Positions 1-13,233 are shown, counted from the stretch's first letter. The stretch is 64,000 nt of DNA from Sphaerodactylus townsendi (GCF_021028975.2 NC_059433.1:67332001-67396000), one strand, 5' to 3'. Translations and numbers: made by a program. The notes: generated from the sequence alone by a model not told the origin.

Positions 1-307
1 GAATCTGAGGTTTCCAGTTTAAACATTGAAAGTGAGGCTATTTCAGGGTGGGGGATAAACCACCCCCAAACAGCATCATTTTCAATGTTGTTTTAACTGG
101 GGACCCCAGATTCTCCCTTTAAGGTGGATTTAAGTTGCCCCTTCACCAGAACATTTGTCCATTGAGCTGGTTCCAAGAGGGGTGCTCCCCTCACCAGATT
201 GGGCTGCCCTTCTTCCAAGATGCATTGGAGTGATCTGCCATCAGAAATCTGCCTAAGGACTGTTATTAGAGATTTCCTTATTTGAGTCATCCAAAATTTC
301 TTCCTTA

Positions 308-889
308 GGCGGTTTCTGCACGGGCTGAAAGCAATAGCTTCAGCCCGGTTAAACACCGTTTTGGCGGGGACCCTTCGCACAGGCCCCGCTGCCAAATCGA
401 TGCAGCAGCGCTCTGTGCCCGCCAAAACAGTGTATTCAAACCTCGCTTGGGGGGCGAGTTTTCCTACAAACGCCGGCTTCCAACTGCTGCCATGCAAACG
501 GCAGCGGGTGGAAGCTGGTGTTTTCCCCTCCCCAGCCCCAAACGCCTCGTTACGTTCTGCTGGCAGCCGCGTCACTCTATCGTCGCTCTGAGGAGGGAAG
601 GGGACACGCCTCCTGGTCTCCGGTGCTTCAGCCATCGCTGTGGCCATGGGGGCATGTCCATCACTGTGGCCATGGGGGCATGTCCCCTTCCCTCTTCAGA
701 GTGATGATAGAGCGACGCGGCTGCCAGCAGAACGTAACGAGGCGTTTGGGGCTGGGGAGGGGAATACACGGCTGTGCGGAGCTTGCGCCCACAGCTGCGC
801 ATCCCATGGGGCTGTTTGTGCGAACAGCCCCTGCATCGGCATGATTAATGCCGATGCAGGGTCTCTCCCTTGGCTGTGTGGAAACCGCC
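308..889. mobile_element. GC-rich palindromic MITE (PIF/Harbinger-like TIRs)
   Basis: Terminal inverted repeats GGCGGTTTCTGCAC...GTGTGGAAACCGCC flanked by TTA/ATA; internal ~90 bp inverted repeat (~520-610 vs ~677-766). Confidence 0.7.
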
Positions 890-1236
890 ATAGATTTTGT
901 TGTTGATCCAATTAAATGAGAATATATTTTGGAAATTAATCTTTTGCACTATGTCTATGTTTTCTTAGGATCTGTTCACATTTCACCATCTTTCTGGTCA
1001 TACTTTGCCTTACTGTAGGATTCACAATTAGGTAGCATGACTGATTTAAAAGAATCTAACTAGTTGACATTCCTTGCACTTTTTCTTTTAGTTGTTCTGA
1101 AATATGCAGAGTTCCATTGTCATAAAAGTCTTCCATTCCTTAAATCCCCTTTCCCTTTCCATTTAACATATCTCTCTGGCTTTGTCTAAATATGGAAAAA
1201 AATTGGGATGTAGCATCAATGAAAGCAGCAGGAATA

Positions 1237-2234
1237 TGTTAGGATTTGCAAGTGTCTGTCACAATCCTGACAATAAGGGGTTAACTGTGTGCATGTTATT
1301 TCGCTAGTGAGGTCAGTGTCTTGCGACCAGTTCATTGATTAGGCCATTGGGCAGTTAATCCTACATCACCTTTGTGAGACAGAGAACATGAGGTCAGAGG
1401 TTATAAAGTTAACTGTATTCCTTTGTCTCACAGTGCATCAGCTCTGAGCAGGCACATGGCCAGTTCAAGGCCGTTTCCGCACGGCCTCACTGGGGGTTGG
1501 GTTGGCGTACATGACCGTTCGTGCGAACGGTCCCAGTAACGAAAGGGAAGACGGCACTGTGGAGCACCGTCACCCAATCGACCTACCTTCTCTGCGACCG
1601 TCCGGTGCGTCGCCAAGGTCAAGGGACATGCCCCCCCTGCCCTGCGCGACCGCTCTGGAGTTGCAGGGCAGGGGGCGTGTCCCCAGGCCTCGGCGACGCA
1701 CTGGATAGTCGCAGAGAAGGTAGGTTGATCGGGCAAGGGGGTGAGGGATGGCACCTTCCAGCCACTGCCGTTTGCACAGCAGCAGCTGGAAGCCCCCGTT
1801 TCCCAAAAATCTCGCTTGGGGAGGGAGGTGGGAAAATGGCGGCTTCGCGCTGCTGGGAAGGAGTGAGGGCGGCGCGGCTGCAAAGCAGCTGCGCCCCCCA
1901 TGCAAACAGCTCCCTGGGGATGGCGTTTTTGCCGTCCCCAGGGCACTGTATTTGGCCTGTGCAGAAAGGGCCGAAGTTTCTTCCCGCTTTTCTCTTGTAC
2001 CTGTAAGATGGATTCACCTTAAGAGGTGAATGCCTAGGCCACTTGTGGACTCACATTTGCCTAAGTTCTGTTACTAAGTTTGTGCTAGAATAGTAAGGAT
2101 TTATTGTGTTTATCCCATGTATACCCTACCCTAATTTAGTTAAGTTAAGTTTTCTTCTTTTTATAATCACAGCAAAAGTCTCTTGGTCTTTCTTCTCTGC
2201 TAATTAGTCAAACAGGGAAGCAATTTCCCCAACA
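1237..2234 (+). mobile_element. Solo LTR (interrupted by a MITE)
   Basis: TGTT...AACA ends with 5-bp TSD GAATA (1232-1236, 2235-2239); similar to the LTR at 18776-19165. Confidence 0.7.
1469..1972. mobile_element. GC-rich MITE, related to 308-889, nested in an LTR
   Basis: TIRs GGCCGTTTCCGCAC...GTGCAGAAAGGGCC; internal inverted repeats. Confidence 0.7.
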
Positions 2235-2454
2235 GAATATTTCTGGAATTAATTTATTTTCCATTTATTCCAAATGTTTAATATAGAGTATAGAACAAGA
2301 TTATCAGCTCATCTTATCTCTCTTTCTTTTGTCTCCAAAAGACTCCAATGTTGGAAAGCATAACCATGGATCATTTCCCAATTCCCCTCTTCCATTCATC
2401 TCATGATCGCTAGCTTCTGAAAATGAAAGGAATTTCAAAACCAGCTTCTGATTT

Positions 2455-2637
2455 AGAACATAAGAACATAAGAACTAGCCTGCTGGATCAGACCAGAGTC
2501 TATCTAGTCCAGCACTCTGCTACTCGCAGTGGCCTACCAGGTGCCTTTGGGAGCTCACGTGCAGGATGTGAAAGCAATGGCCTTCTGCTGCTGCTCCTGA
2601 GCACCTGGTCTGCTAAGGCATTTGCAATCTCAGATCA
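2455..2637 (-). mobile_element. CR1 LINE 3' UTR fragment
   Basis: Reverse complement of the 3' end of the CR1 at ~5730-5917, including the (TTCTTATG)n tail. Confidence 0.85.
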
Positions 2638-3512
2638 ATTTAGTATTGATGGGATGACTGTCTGGTGTCTCTAAATATTCATTTCTATTGAGTTTGCTCC
2701 AGCCCTTCTGAACATCTAAAGAAACTGATATTTGAAAGTGAATCTTGACTGGACCTCATTTAAAAATTAATTATCTATTTTCTCCTTAGGATCAAGATAG
2801 GAAATATCTATTTACCAGACCAATTCAATGCTTTCTACTTCTGAAGGGGTCACAGGAATGATTGTACGAATTGGCAGTTGAAGCATGCTCTAGGTCAAAG
2901 ATCATGATCTAGAGGGGAAGGAAAGACAATAAAGCTAATTTTGTTCTTTTACAGAACTAGAACATAATTTTAAACCAGGAAGAACTCGTGATGAAGGAAA
3001 GAATAATCGGCTCACTCAGAGGTGCAATGAAAAAGGATGACTTCTCACAAACATAACCTCGAGAGGAAGAGATAGGAAGATGATCGTGTTTGGTCAGTCT
3101 GATAATTGGAGTCTTCTAGATGCACATAATGAAGATACTTGTAGGTCAGGAAATGGAAGAGACTAGAAAATGCTAAGAATTGAAGAATGGGTAATGTTTA
3201 TTAACTCCTGCAGAACCACTAGGCAGTTACTTGGAAGATAGGAGACATTTGCATTGCCTGATTATTTGTATCTCCCTTTCCAAATGTGTGAAGTCAGGTT
3301 TTTTGGGAAAGGCCAAACCTATCAAAGGGGGGGGGGGAGGTGCACACTGCCATGACTGAGCATAACATGGCCCCCAATTTCAAAGTGGAGGGGCTCTGTC
3401 CTATTCCTCTCCATTCCATTCCACTCCAGGCTGCTCCAGGACTTGCAACACCTCAACCGAGCACAACACCGGAGGGTGGGACAGAAGAGCACATCAGGCA
3501 TTCTAAACCATT

Positions 3513-5917
3513 AATGAGCCGATAGGGAACAGCGACCACAATGCTGTCAGATTCAGTATCTCTGCATGCAAACAAGTGACAACTACTAATGTAGTTACAT
3601 TTGCCTTCAGAAAGGGAAATTTCTCAAAGATGAGGGGGATAGTGCGCAGGAAGCTGAAAGGGAAAATCAAGAGAGTCAAAAATGTCCAAGATGCTTGGAG
3701 GTTATTTAAAAACACAGTCTTAAAAGCTCAGCTGGAATGTGTTCCGCAGGTTAGGAAAGGCAGTGCCCTGTCCAAAAGAAAGCCACAATGGTTAACAAGG
3801 GAGGTTGAGGAAAGTATTAGGGAAAAAAAGATGTCTTTTAGAAAATGGAAGTCCAACTTAACTGATGAAGAATACCAGAGAGAACACAAATGGTGGCAAA
3901 AGAGAAGCAAGTTAGCTGTAAGGGAGGCAAAAAAGGATTATGAGGAACGCATGGCTGCGAACATCAAGACCAGCAACAAACAGTTCTTCAAGTACATCAA
4001 AAGCAGGAAGCCAGCTAGGGAAGCGGTAGGCCCGTTAGATGATGAAGGAACAAAAGGTGTGCTAAAAGATGACAGGGAGATTGCAGAGAAGCTGAATGAA
4101 TTCTTTGCATCTGTCTTCACCCAAGAGGAGGTGAGGAAAATTCCTGCACTTGAACCAAGCTTCTTAGGAGGTGAACCCAAGGAACTAGCAAAGATAGTGG
4201 TAGACAAGGAAGAAGTTCTGGCAGCCATTGATAAACTAAATGCTACCAAATCCCCTGGCCCAGATTGCATTCATCCAAGAGTTCTTAAAGAGCTCAAGCA
4301 TGAAATTGCTGATGTTCTCACTTTAATATGCAACTTATCCCTGAAATCTGCCTCCATCCCTGAAGACTGGAAGATGGCCAATGTCACACCAATCTTTAAG
4401 AAAGGGTCTAGGGGGGACCCAGGAAATTACAGGCCAGTCAGTTTGACATCTGTTCCTGGTAAATTAGTAGAATCTATCATTAAAGATAAAATTATTAAAT
4501 ATGTAGAAAAGCGAGACCTGCTGAGGAAGAGTCAGCATGGCTTTTGCAGAGGCAAGTCCTGTCTTACATACTTACTAGAGTTCTTTGAGGGTGTAAACAG
4601 ACATGTGGATAAGGGGGAACCAGTGGACATTGTCTACTTGGATTTCCAAAAGGCTTTTGACAAAGTTCCTCACCAGAGACTGTTGAGAAAACTCAGCAAT
4701 GAAGGAATAAGAGGGGAAGTCCTCCTATGGATTAAAAATTGGTTGAGGAACAGGAAACAAAGGGTGGGTATAAATGGGAAGTTCTCACAATGGAGAGATG
4801 TAAGGAGTGGTGTCCCCCAAGGATCCGTATTGGGACCAGTGCTGTGTAACTTATTCATAAATGACCTAGAAGTAGGGGTGGGTAGAGTGGTGGCCAAGTT
4901 TGCAGATGATACCAAATTATATAGGGTGGTGAGAACCACAAAGGATTGCGAAGAGCTCCAAGCGGACCTTGATAAATTAGGTGAGTGGGCTAAGAAATGG
5001 CAAATGCAGTTCAATGTAGCAAAATGTAAAGTGATGCACATAGGGGCAAAAAATCCAAACTTCACATACACGCTACAGGGGTCAGTGTTATCAGTCACAG
5101 ACCAGGAAAGGGATTTGGGCGTCTTAGTTGATAGTTCCATGGGAATGTCAACTCAATGCATGGCAGCTGTGAAAAAGGCAAACTCTATGCTGGGGTTAAT
5201 TAGGAAAGGAGTTGATAATAAAACTGCAAGAATTGTCATGCCCTTATATAAAGCCGTGGTGCGACCGCACTTGGAGTACTGTGTTCAGTTCTGGTCGCCA
5301 CATCTCAAAAAGGATATCGAAGAGATAGAAAAAGTGCAGAGAAGGGCAACAAGGATGATTGAAGGATTGGAGCACCTTTCTTATGAGGAGAGGCTGCAGC
5401 ATTTGGGACTCTTTAGTTTGGAGAGGAGACGTCTGAGGGGGGATATGATTGAAGTCTATAAAATTATGCATGGGGTAGAAAATGTTGACAGAGAGAAATT
5501 TTTCTCTCTTTCTCACAATACTAGAACCAGGGGGCATTCATTGAAAATGCTGGGGGGAAGAATTAGGACTAATAAAAGGAAACACTTCTTCACGCAACGT
5601 GTGATTGGTGTTTGGAATATGCTGCCACAGGAGGTGGTGATGGCCACTAACCTGGATAGCTTTAAAAAGGGCTTGGACAGATTTATGGAGGAGAAGTCAA
5701 TCTATGGCTACCAATCTTGATCCTCCTTGATCTCAGATTGCTAATGCCTTAGCAGACCAGGTGCTCAGGAGCAGCAGCAGCAGAAGGCCATTGCTTTCAC
5801 ATCCTGCATGTGAGCTCCCAAAGGCACCTGGTGGGCCACTGCGAGTAGCAGAATGCTGGACTAGATGGACTCTGGTCTGATCCAGCAGGCTAGTTCTTAT
5901 GTTCTTATGTTCTTATG
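3513..5917 (+). mobile_element. 5'-truncated CR1 LINE with uninterrupted ORF2 RT region (ORF 3576-5720)
   Basis: EPIGNSDHN endonuclease tail; NYRPVSLTS, YLDFQKAFD, GVPQGSVLGP, KFADD, RPHLEYC and ERRRLRGD motifs; 8-bp (TTCTTATG)n tail. Confidence 0.97.
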
Positions 5918-6499
5918 ATTTTAAAAAATCACATTGGGTAGTTCTAGGAATCTTGTCCTTCTCTTCTTCTTCACTTCCAAAGCACAGAGTTATCCAGTTC
6001 CTGAGACACTCTAGGAATTCAAACTAAAGTTCACCATAAGATGCATAATGAAGATTCTCAGAAGGGGAGAGTCCTTTTTAATTGTCACGCACTCTAAAGA
6101 TCTTGCTGAACATGAACAAGTCCAGCAAATTCAGTCCTTTTACCGGTCCACCATTGCGGTGTGAAGCATCCAGTTCCTGCTTTTTCCTTATTTTTTGTGG
6201 TTTTGTGGATCTAATCTGACATCCCTTACATCGGATGGACATTCTTTCGGAGCCATCCTTGGAGATCTCCCATCCAAGCATCGATCTTGCTCAGCTTCTG
6301 AGACCCAACAAGATGGAGCTGTAGTATGCTGCCTTCCCTCCCGATCACAGTAATTATCCCCCCTCATAATCTGAACAGGGAAATGGAAAGAGAGTCTGAA
6401 CTAATGAAATAGATTTCATTAGGAATCCATCCAGTTCGTGTCCACTTCATATCACTTACAAATCTGTTTTTTTCCATGAGTGTCATTTTAGCCGATGCA

Positions 6500-6784
6500 A
6501 TCTTTTCAAGGCAGGCGTTTCCTCCATCTGACTCGATGGCCGATAAAAGAACGGTCCCATCTTGTATTCCCTGATGCTGGAAAACTGCGGAAGAAAAAGC
6601 AACGGGTAGTTAGCCCGCATCTCTTCTTGATCCTGCAGCAACTTTGATGAGATGGCAACCTTTTTCTCCAAGCTTTTCAGGATCCCGGCAATTTCTCCAT
6701 TACCTGTCCGTTCAGCACAAAACGTGGGGCACCTGCGCCATCCAGTCACATTATCTGAAGACTGTTGTCCACAATTACTGACAG
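6500..6784 (+). other. Putative non-coding upstream exon of an MRGPR gene (copy 1)
   Basis: Ends in ACAG|GTAAGT donor; homologous to 17630-17891 and 29790-30058, which end in ACAG|GTGAGT; 5' boundary uncertain. Confidence 0.5.
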
Positions 6785-7259
6785 GTAAGTGAAAATCTGA
6801 AACAGCTTGGTTTGAAGTAGAAGTTCATGATATGTTAATGATATGCATTCAGTTTAGTTAATGATATGCATTCAGACAGCACCTTGTGTATCCCCTGACA
6901 TATCCAGTTACTGGGCTGTTGAAATTAGAACTGAAGGCTCAACTGATCAGAGGAAATACTACTCAGTTATGGCCTACCACAGCAATATTTAGTTTTATAT
7001 ATTGATGTATATAACATGGATGGCTGTCAGGAAATCTCTTGCTTCGATTTCGTTTGATCTAGTTTTCTCAATGCAAAGCAAATACTAGATGTGCTATAGT
7101 GATAAAAAGGCAACAGCCCTTTTGCTGAGCACTAAAGTACTAGCATCACCTCAAATAGCTCATCCATTGAGGCTTAAATTTGACTCCCTTGTTGGGTCAG
7201 ACATAAGTATATCCCTTTGAAATGTGGGGCTGGAAGAGAGGCAAAATCAAAGCAAAACA

Positions 7260-8108
7260 GAACAAAGGGGGTGCCTCCATCCCCCATTGTTTCCAATGGG
7301 AGCTAACAGGAGATGGGGCCATAACTTTGAGGGCCCATAACTTTGCCCCCCCTGAACCTAACTTCACCAAACCCGGGTGGTATCATTGGAACAGTCTCTG
7401 GGTCACTAGCTTTAAAAATGGACCCCTGATAGGCACCCCAAGAAATTTGCCCAAGATTCTCTGTTTTGCAGTGCCTTGACTCCATTGGAGCCAATGGGGG
7501 ATTTCTGAGTATGTAAGCAGGCTGCACATTTTTGAAGATAGAGGCACCAGACTTTCAAGGTGGCTCCAAGAGACCCACCGGGTAATTGCATCCAGGCTTG
7601 GTGAACTTTGATTCTGGGGGTTCAATTTTAGGGGCCCCCAAAAGGCTTATTTTGTTTTCCTGCTCCTGCACGTGAAGCTTGTTGGTTGAGTTCTCTCAGA
7701 ACTCTCTCAACTCACACCCCCTGCCCATCCCCAGGAGCAAAGTTTGCCAAGCTTGGATGCTATTACCGGGGGGCCTCTAGGAGCCACCTTGAAAATCTGG
7801 CGCCTCTATCTTCAAAAACGTACAGCCAGTGCTTACACGCTCAGAAATTCCCCAGAATCATCCAGGCTCTTCAGCAAGTTCTATGGTGGGAAAAATTACT
7901 TCTCCCACCATAGACTTCAATGGGGCTTGCTGTTATGCCCAGCTGGCTCTGTGGTAGAGGTTTCAGTGGGAGGCACTCTGGTGGGGGGTCGTGCTCTGGG
8001 TAGGGGCATTTATTTCCTGCAGGGCTGCTGGTGTGAATCTCCTGAAAGGAACCAGCCAAATTTGCTAAAGTTTGCTTGGGAGGGGCAGATGCTGTGGGCA
8101 TCAGGTTC
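7260..8108. repeat. Degraded interspersed repeat with internal subrepeats (same family as 42880-43489)
   Basis: Shared CATAACTTTG(G/C)ACCCCCTGAACC and GGAGATGGGG motifs. Confidence 0.55.
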
Positions 8109-8337
8109 TGTCAGGGTCGCGACCCTCACTTAAGCCTCTGGTGCATGATAAGTTTCTGTTTCCCAGTTCTCCCCGTTCCCGCCACTGGGAAGGACCGCCC
8201 ACTCCTACCTGCATATATATTGGAACTGAGGGCAAGAACCCTCAGTTCCAGCACCCTGTATCTTAGGGCAACACATATCAATAAAGTCCATTCCTTTGTT
8301 TCAAAGTCGACTTTGTCTGAGTGTGTCCAGCCTTAGA
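8109..8337 (+). mobile_element. Short solo LTR
   Basis: TGTCAGGGTCGC start, TATATA box, AATAAA, 5-bp TSD GGTTC; second copy at 42627-42877. Confidence 0.8.
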
Positions 8338-9210
8338 GGTTCACCTTCAACTGGGTGCCCACAGCAGACCAAAAAAATCACACAGGCATAAAGAAGCCCC
8401 ATAAAGCTATACGTTGATTGCTTTTTCCACAAGTATTCCTCAATGTGAAAATGGAGAAATGCCCTCCATGCTAGAGATCACATTTATATTTTAATAATTC
8501 AGCTTATTCTGTATCCTTGCTCCAAAGCCCACCTGCATATCCGTAGCTGGCAGAGAGGAAAAAGTTTAGCTATTTTATTAGAAAAGATAAAATAATAAAT
8601 ATACCAGCATAGAACTGATCACAGCACACAGTGAATTCACACAGAGAGGAAGAGATTTCATCAATTCTCGAAGCACCAAATAACCAGCTTTTACACTACT
8701 GCACTATTCTAAACCATACCAACCCTTCATCTCATTTATACTTTAAATCCACAAACCCAAGAGCTTTTCTTTTCCGAATGAGTTATGTTTTAGAAATTAC
8801 TGTTTTACAGATAGTTATGTTTTACATATTATCTGCTTGCAGCAAACCAATGTACAATAGCTTTTTATATGATGTTCTTTTTCTGACATTTCTTTCTTCC
8901 TTTCGAAATTTCTGCAATGCAAACATATGATAAAAATCACCTGTCACACCTCCGTTATTCATATCACATTGGTAAATGCCTAACCTTTGGCAGAAAGGGA
9001 TTGTTTATCCAAAAGTATGAGGCCATCATTTTTTCCTTAGAAAGAAGAATGGGATGTGATCTGAAACAATAAGTATGGGTGACGTAGAGGGATTAAGAAA
9101 AAAAATATACGTTTCTGCTCAGTCTACCTTGCAGTTATCCTTAGCTAAAAGTGCACTAGGAAAACAAGCATTCATTTGGGTGCTTGTTTGGTATATTAAT
9201 TTATTATTCA

Positions 9211-9940
9211 CTAGCATGCCCGGCCACGCATTGCTGTGGCTGAGTCTGGTGAAGTGGAAAAGGAAGAAAAGGGGAAGCGAACGGTTCGAACATGTGTCAT
9301 TGCACAATGATTGCAAGGGAGGGGAGAGGCAAGGGGCCCCTCGCTCCCCTCCCTCTCTCCTGTTCCCTTGCATGGCAACCCTGCAGGTCCCTCCCTAACG
9401 TTCCCCTTCATCTGCTAGGGTGGGTGGGCCATGTCCAGGTGGGCTGATCCTGTCCCTTTCACTCCCTTCCCTTGCAGGCGAATTATCTAGTGTAAAACAC
9501 GCTGGGAGGCATGAGCTACGTTGTGTTCAAATTTCAGAGCATTTGGTCCAGCAAACCCCTGGACCCTCCCTCACCTTCCCCTTCCTCTGCTAGGGTGGGT
9601 GGGCCATGTGCAGATAGCCCGCCCCATCCCTTTCACTCCATAATGCAGTGGTTTTTAAGGAAGGCATAGTTGATTCCCTTGTATCAGAGGGTGTTGCTTT
9701 GATGGCCAGCAGATGGCGCTGTTGCGGAACAGAACTGTGGTTCCAACTGTCATAGGTGTGGCATGTACACAATAACTGGCACAGTTGTGACATGTACACA
9801 ACAGGAGGTGTGGAAACAGTATGAAAACCTGGCCGAATGTGAATGCGACGTTGTGTGAAAATTTCAAAGTAATCGGTCCAGTAGTTTGGGAGATTACCTG
9901 TCAGCAGAAAAACGCACTGATAGATTTTTATATATATAGA
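9211..9940 (-). mobile_element. Non-autonomous Helitron
   Basis: Minus strand reads A|TCTATATATATAAAA...GCCACAGCAATGCGTGGC hairpin...GCTAG|T with no TSD; empty site ATGCA|TATATTTCATC in the paralogous segment at ~21005-21020. Confidence 0.85.
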
Positions 9941-10343
9941 TATATTTCATCTGGCACTGAAAAGACGCAATAGCAAATTGCATGCTGCTGTAGTTCTTTA
10001 CACAATGGTGTGGTTTTCTGGTCCAGTTTGAACTAGAGTCTTGAGTCTTCGGAGATATGGCAGGATACAAATGTGAACAATAAATAAACCAGTTCACCTT
10101 TTTCTTTTTCTTTTAGGGGTCTCAAAGGTGAAAGGATGGGAAACCTCAACAATGAAACAGCTGTAGTCATTTTATGCTAAATAAGGCACATCCAATATTA
10201 ACAGACTGTCGTGTGGCTTTCATGCATGGCTCAGGTGATACAGGTTTAGAAATGTCCCGTGCTCAGTCCTGTAGCGTGAACTGAATTGGCATGCAGCTGT
10301 TTTGTCCCAATAAGAGCAGATAGACGAGAAAAAAATTCCAAAC

Positions 10344-11414
10344 ATGGCGGCCATGGTGCTGAATTCTAGTTTGAAAGTTGGTTTCTATCATGATGAAGAC
10401 TCCACACATTATGGATATAACTTTAATATCTCAACAAACTTCCCACAAAAGATCCCAGTACCTTTTATGACAATTGTCACTGTTATCTATATCCTCCTAT
10501 TTCCAGCCTGCATTCTTGGAATTGTGGGGAACGGGACCGTCGTCTGGCTCCTTGGCTTCCGCATGAAGAGGACTCCTTTCACAATCTACATCCTGAACTT
10601 GGCTATTGCTGATATTGGGGTCCTCATACTCAGCATTTTGGAATATATATATGTGATAAATACATTTATCACTGCAGTCCATTATCATGAAGCTATTTCT
10701 CCTCTGAAATATTACATATTTGGTTATGTGTTCTCTTTACTGTATAACACTGATCAGCTTCTCCTGACAGCCATCAGTGTTGACAGATGCGTGGCGGTCC
10801 TCTTCCCAGTTTGGCATCGATGCCACCGGCGACCACACCTGTCCAGAACTGTGTGTGTCTTCATATGGGTCCTCTCCTTCCTGCTTAGTGGATTTGACAC
10901 CCTTCTCATGTTTGCAAATCAATTTAACCTGCTCCATCTTATTTTGAATGTTGTCATTTGCACCCCACTCATGGCAATCTCTGCTATCACTTTGTTGGTC
11001 AAAATCTGCCTTAAATCCCAGCAACGTAAGCGGGGGAAACTGTTAATGACCATTTTCCTTGCGCTTTTCTTCTTTCTCATATTCGGTTTCCCTGTGAATT
11101 ATATGTCTGCCCTCATATACTATTATGTTTTTACTGGCCTTGATGTGGAATCAGTGTTCAATGCGCACCTTGGTTATTCAGAATTAAGTTCCAGAGAGAT
11201 TCCTATTCTTCTCTCTAGGGCAGATCAGATTACAATTGCTATGATGGTTGCTTTTGCATGTACAGTTCTAAACTGCAGTGTTAACCCATTAATCTATTTC
11301 TTAGTGGGAAGAGATAAGAAGAGCAGATCTGGGCTCTCTATGAAAGTTGCCCTCCAGAGGGTATTCAAGGATGAGGAAAACTCCAGAGGGGATGAAACTG
11401 AAACCCAGGTCTGA
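10344..11414 (+). CDS. MAS-related (MRGPR/MAS1-like) class A GPCR, 356 aa, single coding exon
   Basis: 7 hydrophobic segments; GIVGNG, YILNLAIAD, AISVDRC, FPVWHRCHR and NCSVNPLIYFLVG motifs; polypyrimidine acceptor at ~10116. Confidence 0.95.
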   Translation: MAAMVLNSSLKVGFYHDEDSTHYGYNFNISTNFPQKIPVPFMTIVTVIYILLFPACILGIVGNGTVVWLLGFRMKRTPFTIYILNLAIADIGVLILSILEYIYVINTFITAVHYHEAISPLKYYIFGYVFSLLYNTDQLLLTAISVDRCVAVLFPVWHRCHRRPHLSRTVCVFIWVLSFLLSGFDTLLMFANQFNLLHLILNVVICTPLMAISAITLLVKICLKSQQRKRGKLLMTIFLALFFFLIFGFPVNYMSALIYYYVFTGLDVESVFNAHLGYSELSSREIPILLSRADQITIAMMVAFACTVLNCSVNPLIYFLVGRDKKSRSGLSMKVALQRVFKDEENSRGDETETQV

Positions 11415-11429
11415 TTTGTGTATGAGGAC

Positions 11430-11733
11430 ACACACAGACACACACACACACACGCACGCACGCGTGCGCACACACAAACACACAGACAGAATTCATGCCA
11501 GATCTTAGAAGCTAATGAGGCTGTGGTTAATATTGAAGACCCTCATGAAGTCCTGTGTCACTGAACAGAGGCTGGCAATGGCTAGCCACCTCTGAACATC
11601 TTTTTTTTAGCACCTTGGCTCACTATGCATGAGGTATCTGCAGTGCGATGGGGGTGAATGTCTGTTACACCAAGATTTTTTGTACAGACCTAGTCCCTCA
11701 AGCCCCACTTTCACTTGCGTGCGTGCATGTGTG

Positions 11734-11780
<47 letters not shown>

Positions 11781-12010
11781 CAGAGCATGTTTGTGTCAGA
11801 TCATGGAAGCTAATGAGGCTGTGGTTAATATTGAAGAACCTCATGAAGTCCTGTGTCACTAAACTGAGGCCTGCTGTGGCTAGCCACCTCTGAACATCTC
11901 TTACCTTGGATTATGCACAAGATGTCTGCAGTGCAATGGGGCCAAATGTCTGTTACAGCAAGGTTTTTTATACAGATGTAATCCTTCAAGCCTCACTTTA
12001 ACTTTCCATT
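11430..12010 (+). repeat. ~300 bp tandem duplication in the GPCR 3' region, bounded by (CA)n tracts
   Basis: GAAGCTAATGAGGCTGTGGTTAATATTGAAG... occurs at ~11508 and ~11807; single copy in the paralog. Confidence 0.8.
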
Positions 12011-13149
12011 CTCTCCACAGCAAGCAAGACCACTGGTAGCATGATTACAATTTTCTTTGCCACCAGAGAGGGAAAGATTTGCCCGTGAGCACAGCTTTGC
12101 CCCAGATCCCTTCCCTCCGCCTGCAGCCAGATTGCTGAGCCTCACCACTCCCACTGCCACGTGCTGCTCTGCATGCCTTCCTCCTCGCCCCCCTCCCTGT
12201 TGCCGACTTTTTTCCGCTACTTGTCCTGATGGATAGTTTTTGTTACCTGTGACCTTACCTGTATATCTTGAGATCTTTCATTTTTAATTTCTCATATTGA
12301 TATATCAATATCTTGATGTAAAAATAACATTAGTCAATCCCTCCAAACACCTGGTGTGCTCGTGCATTGTCCTTCATTATCTCTATTCCTTCTCACTGCT
12401 CAACAGACTAGTATGGCTCCAGCCCTCCTAGTTCTACACACAAGCAATCAGTGATTTGGGACCACACCGGGAAAAGGCCATCCATCTTGATGCTTGGAGT
12501 TTACAGCACAACAGGAGGGGGATGAACGGGAGCTTGGGGAGCTTAGAAAAAAGTGGTTCACATTGTCCTTTTGTGGTTTGTGCACTGCCATTATTTCCCC
12601 ATCACTCCCCCACTCCCAAGAAGGCAGTCAGTGACCGGGCAAAATATGCAGATGCCATATTCAAGACTTTTCTGGATTAGTTCTCCTTGTTGTATCAATA
12701 TTTTGATATTTCATTATGAGAACCTAAAAATTAAACTACATTAGAAATTAAAGCATGTCTGCCTGTTCAAAACCTGCAAAAACAAGCACAGACCGCAGAG
12801 ATCACCCTCCCCTAGACACACCCAGAAAGACAGCCAATGAGCAACTCCTGCTCCACTAGAGAACAGGCAGTGGGCAATAATGCTGAACATGCCCTGAAAC
12901 AAGTACTCCGGGCCAATTCTCTTTGGGATCATGGGAAGCTCGCCATGTATAATCACCCCTTGAAAACCTTATAGGGTCACCTTAGTTCAGCTGTGACTTG
13001 ACAGCACTCTACACCTAAACAAACCTTAAGGTGTGGAACAATATGGTATAGGCAGGTCTTTTCAGAATCATGGATGTTAAGTAGGATTTTCAAAGGAAAC
13101 TGTGGTTTGCAAACCTCTTACCTCTGCATCATGACTTTCCTATTCCTTG

Positions 13150-13233
13150 GAGGTTTCCTACTAACCAGTGGTAACCCTGCTTAGCTTCTGAGATCTGATG
13201 AGGTCAGGCTAACCTGGGGCTATCCAGGTCAGG
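13150..13233 (-). mobile_element. 5S rRNA-derived SINE head remnant
   Basis: Minus strand CTCATCAGATCTCAGAAGCTAAGCAGGG...CTGGTTAGTA resembles the 5S internal control region, but is short and degraded. Confidence 0.55.

Noticed and set aside
93-2029. Many overlapping ORFs on both strands
   Set aside because: They arise from GC-rich palindromic MITEs; no protein motifs
13150-13233. 5S rRNA gene
   Set aside because: Partial and degraded; consistent with a SINE head or pseudogene
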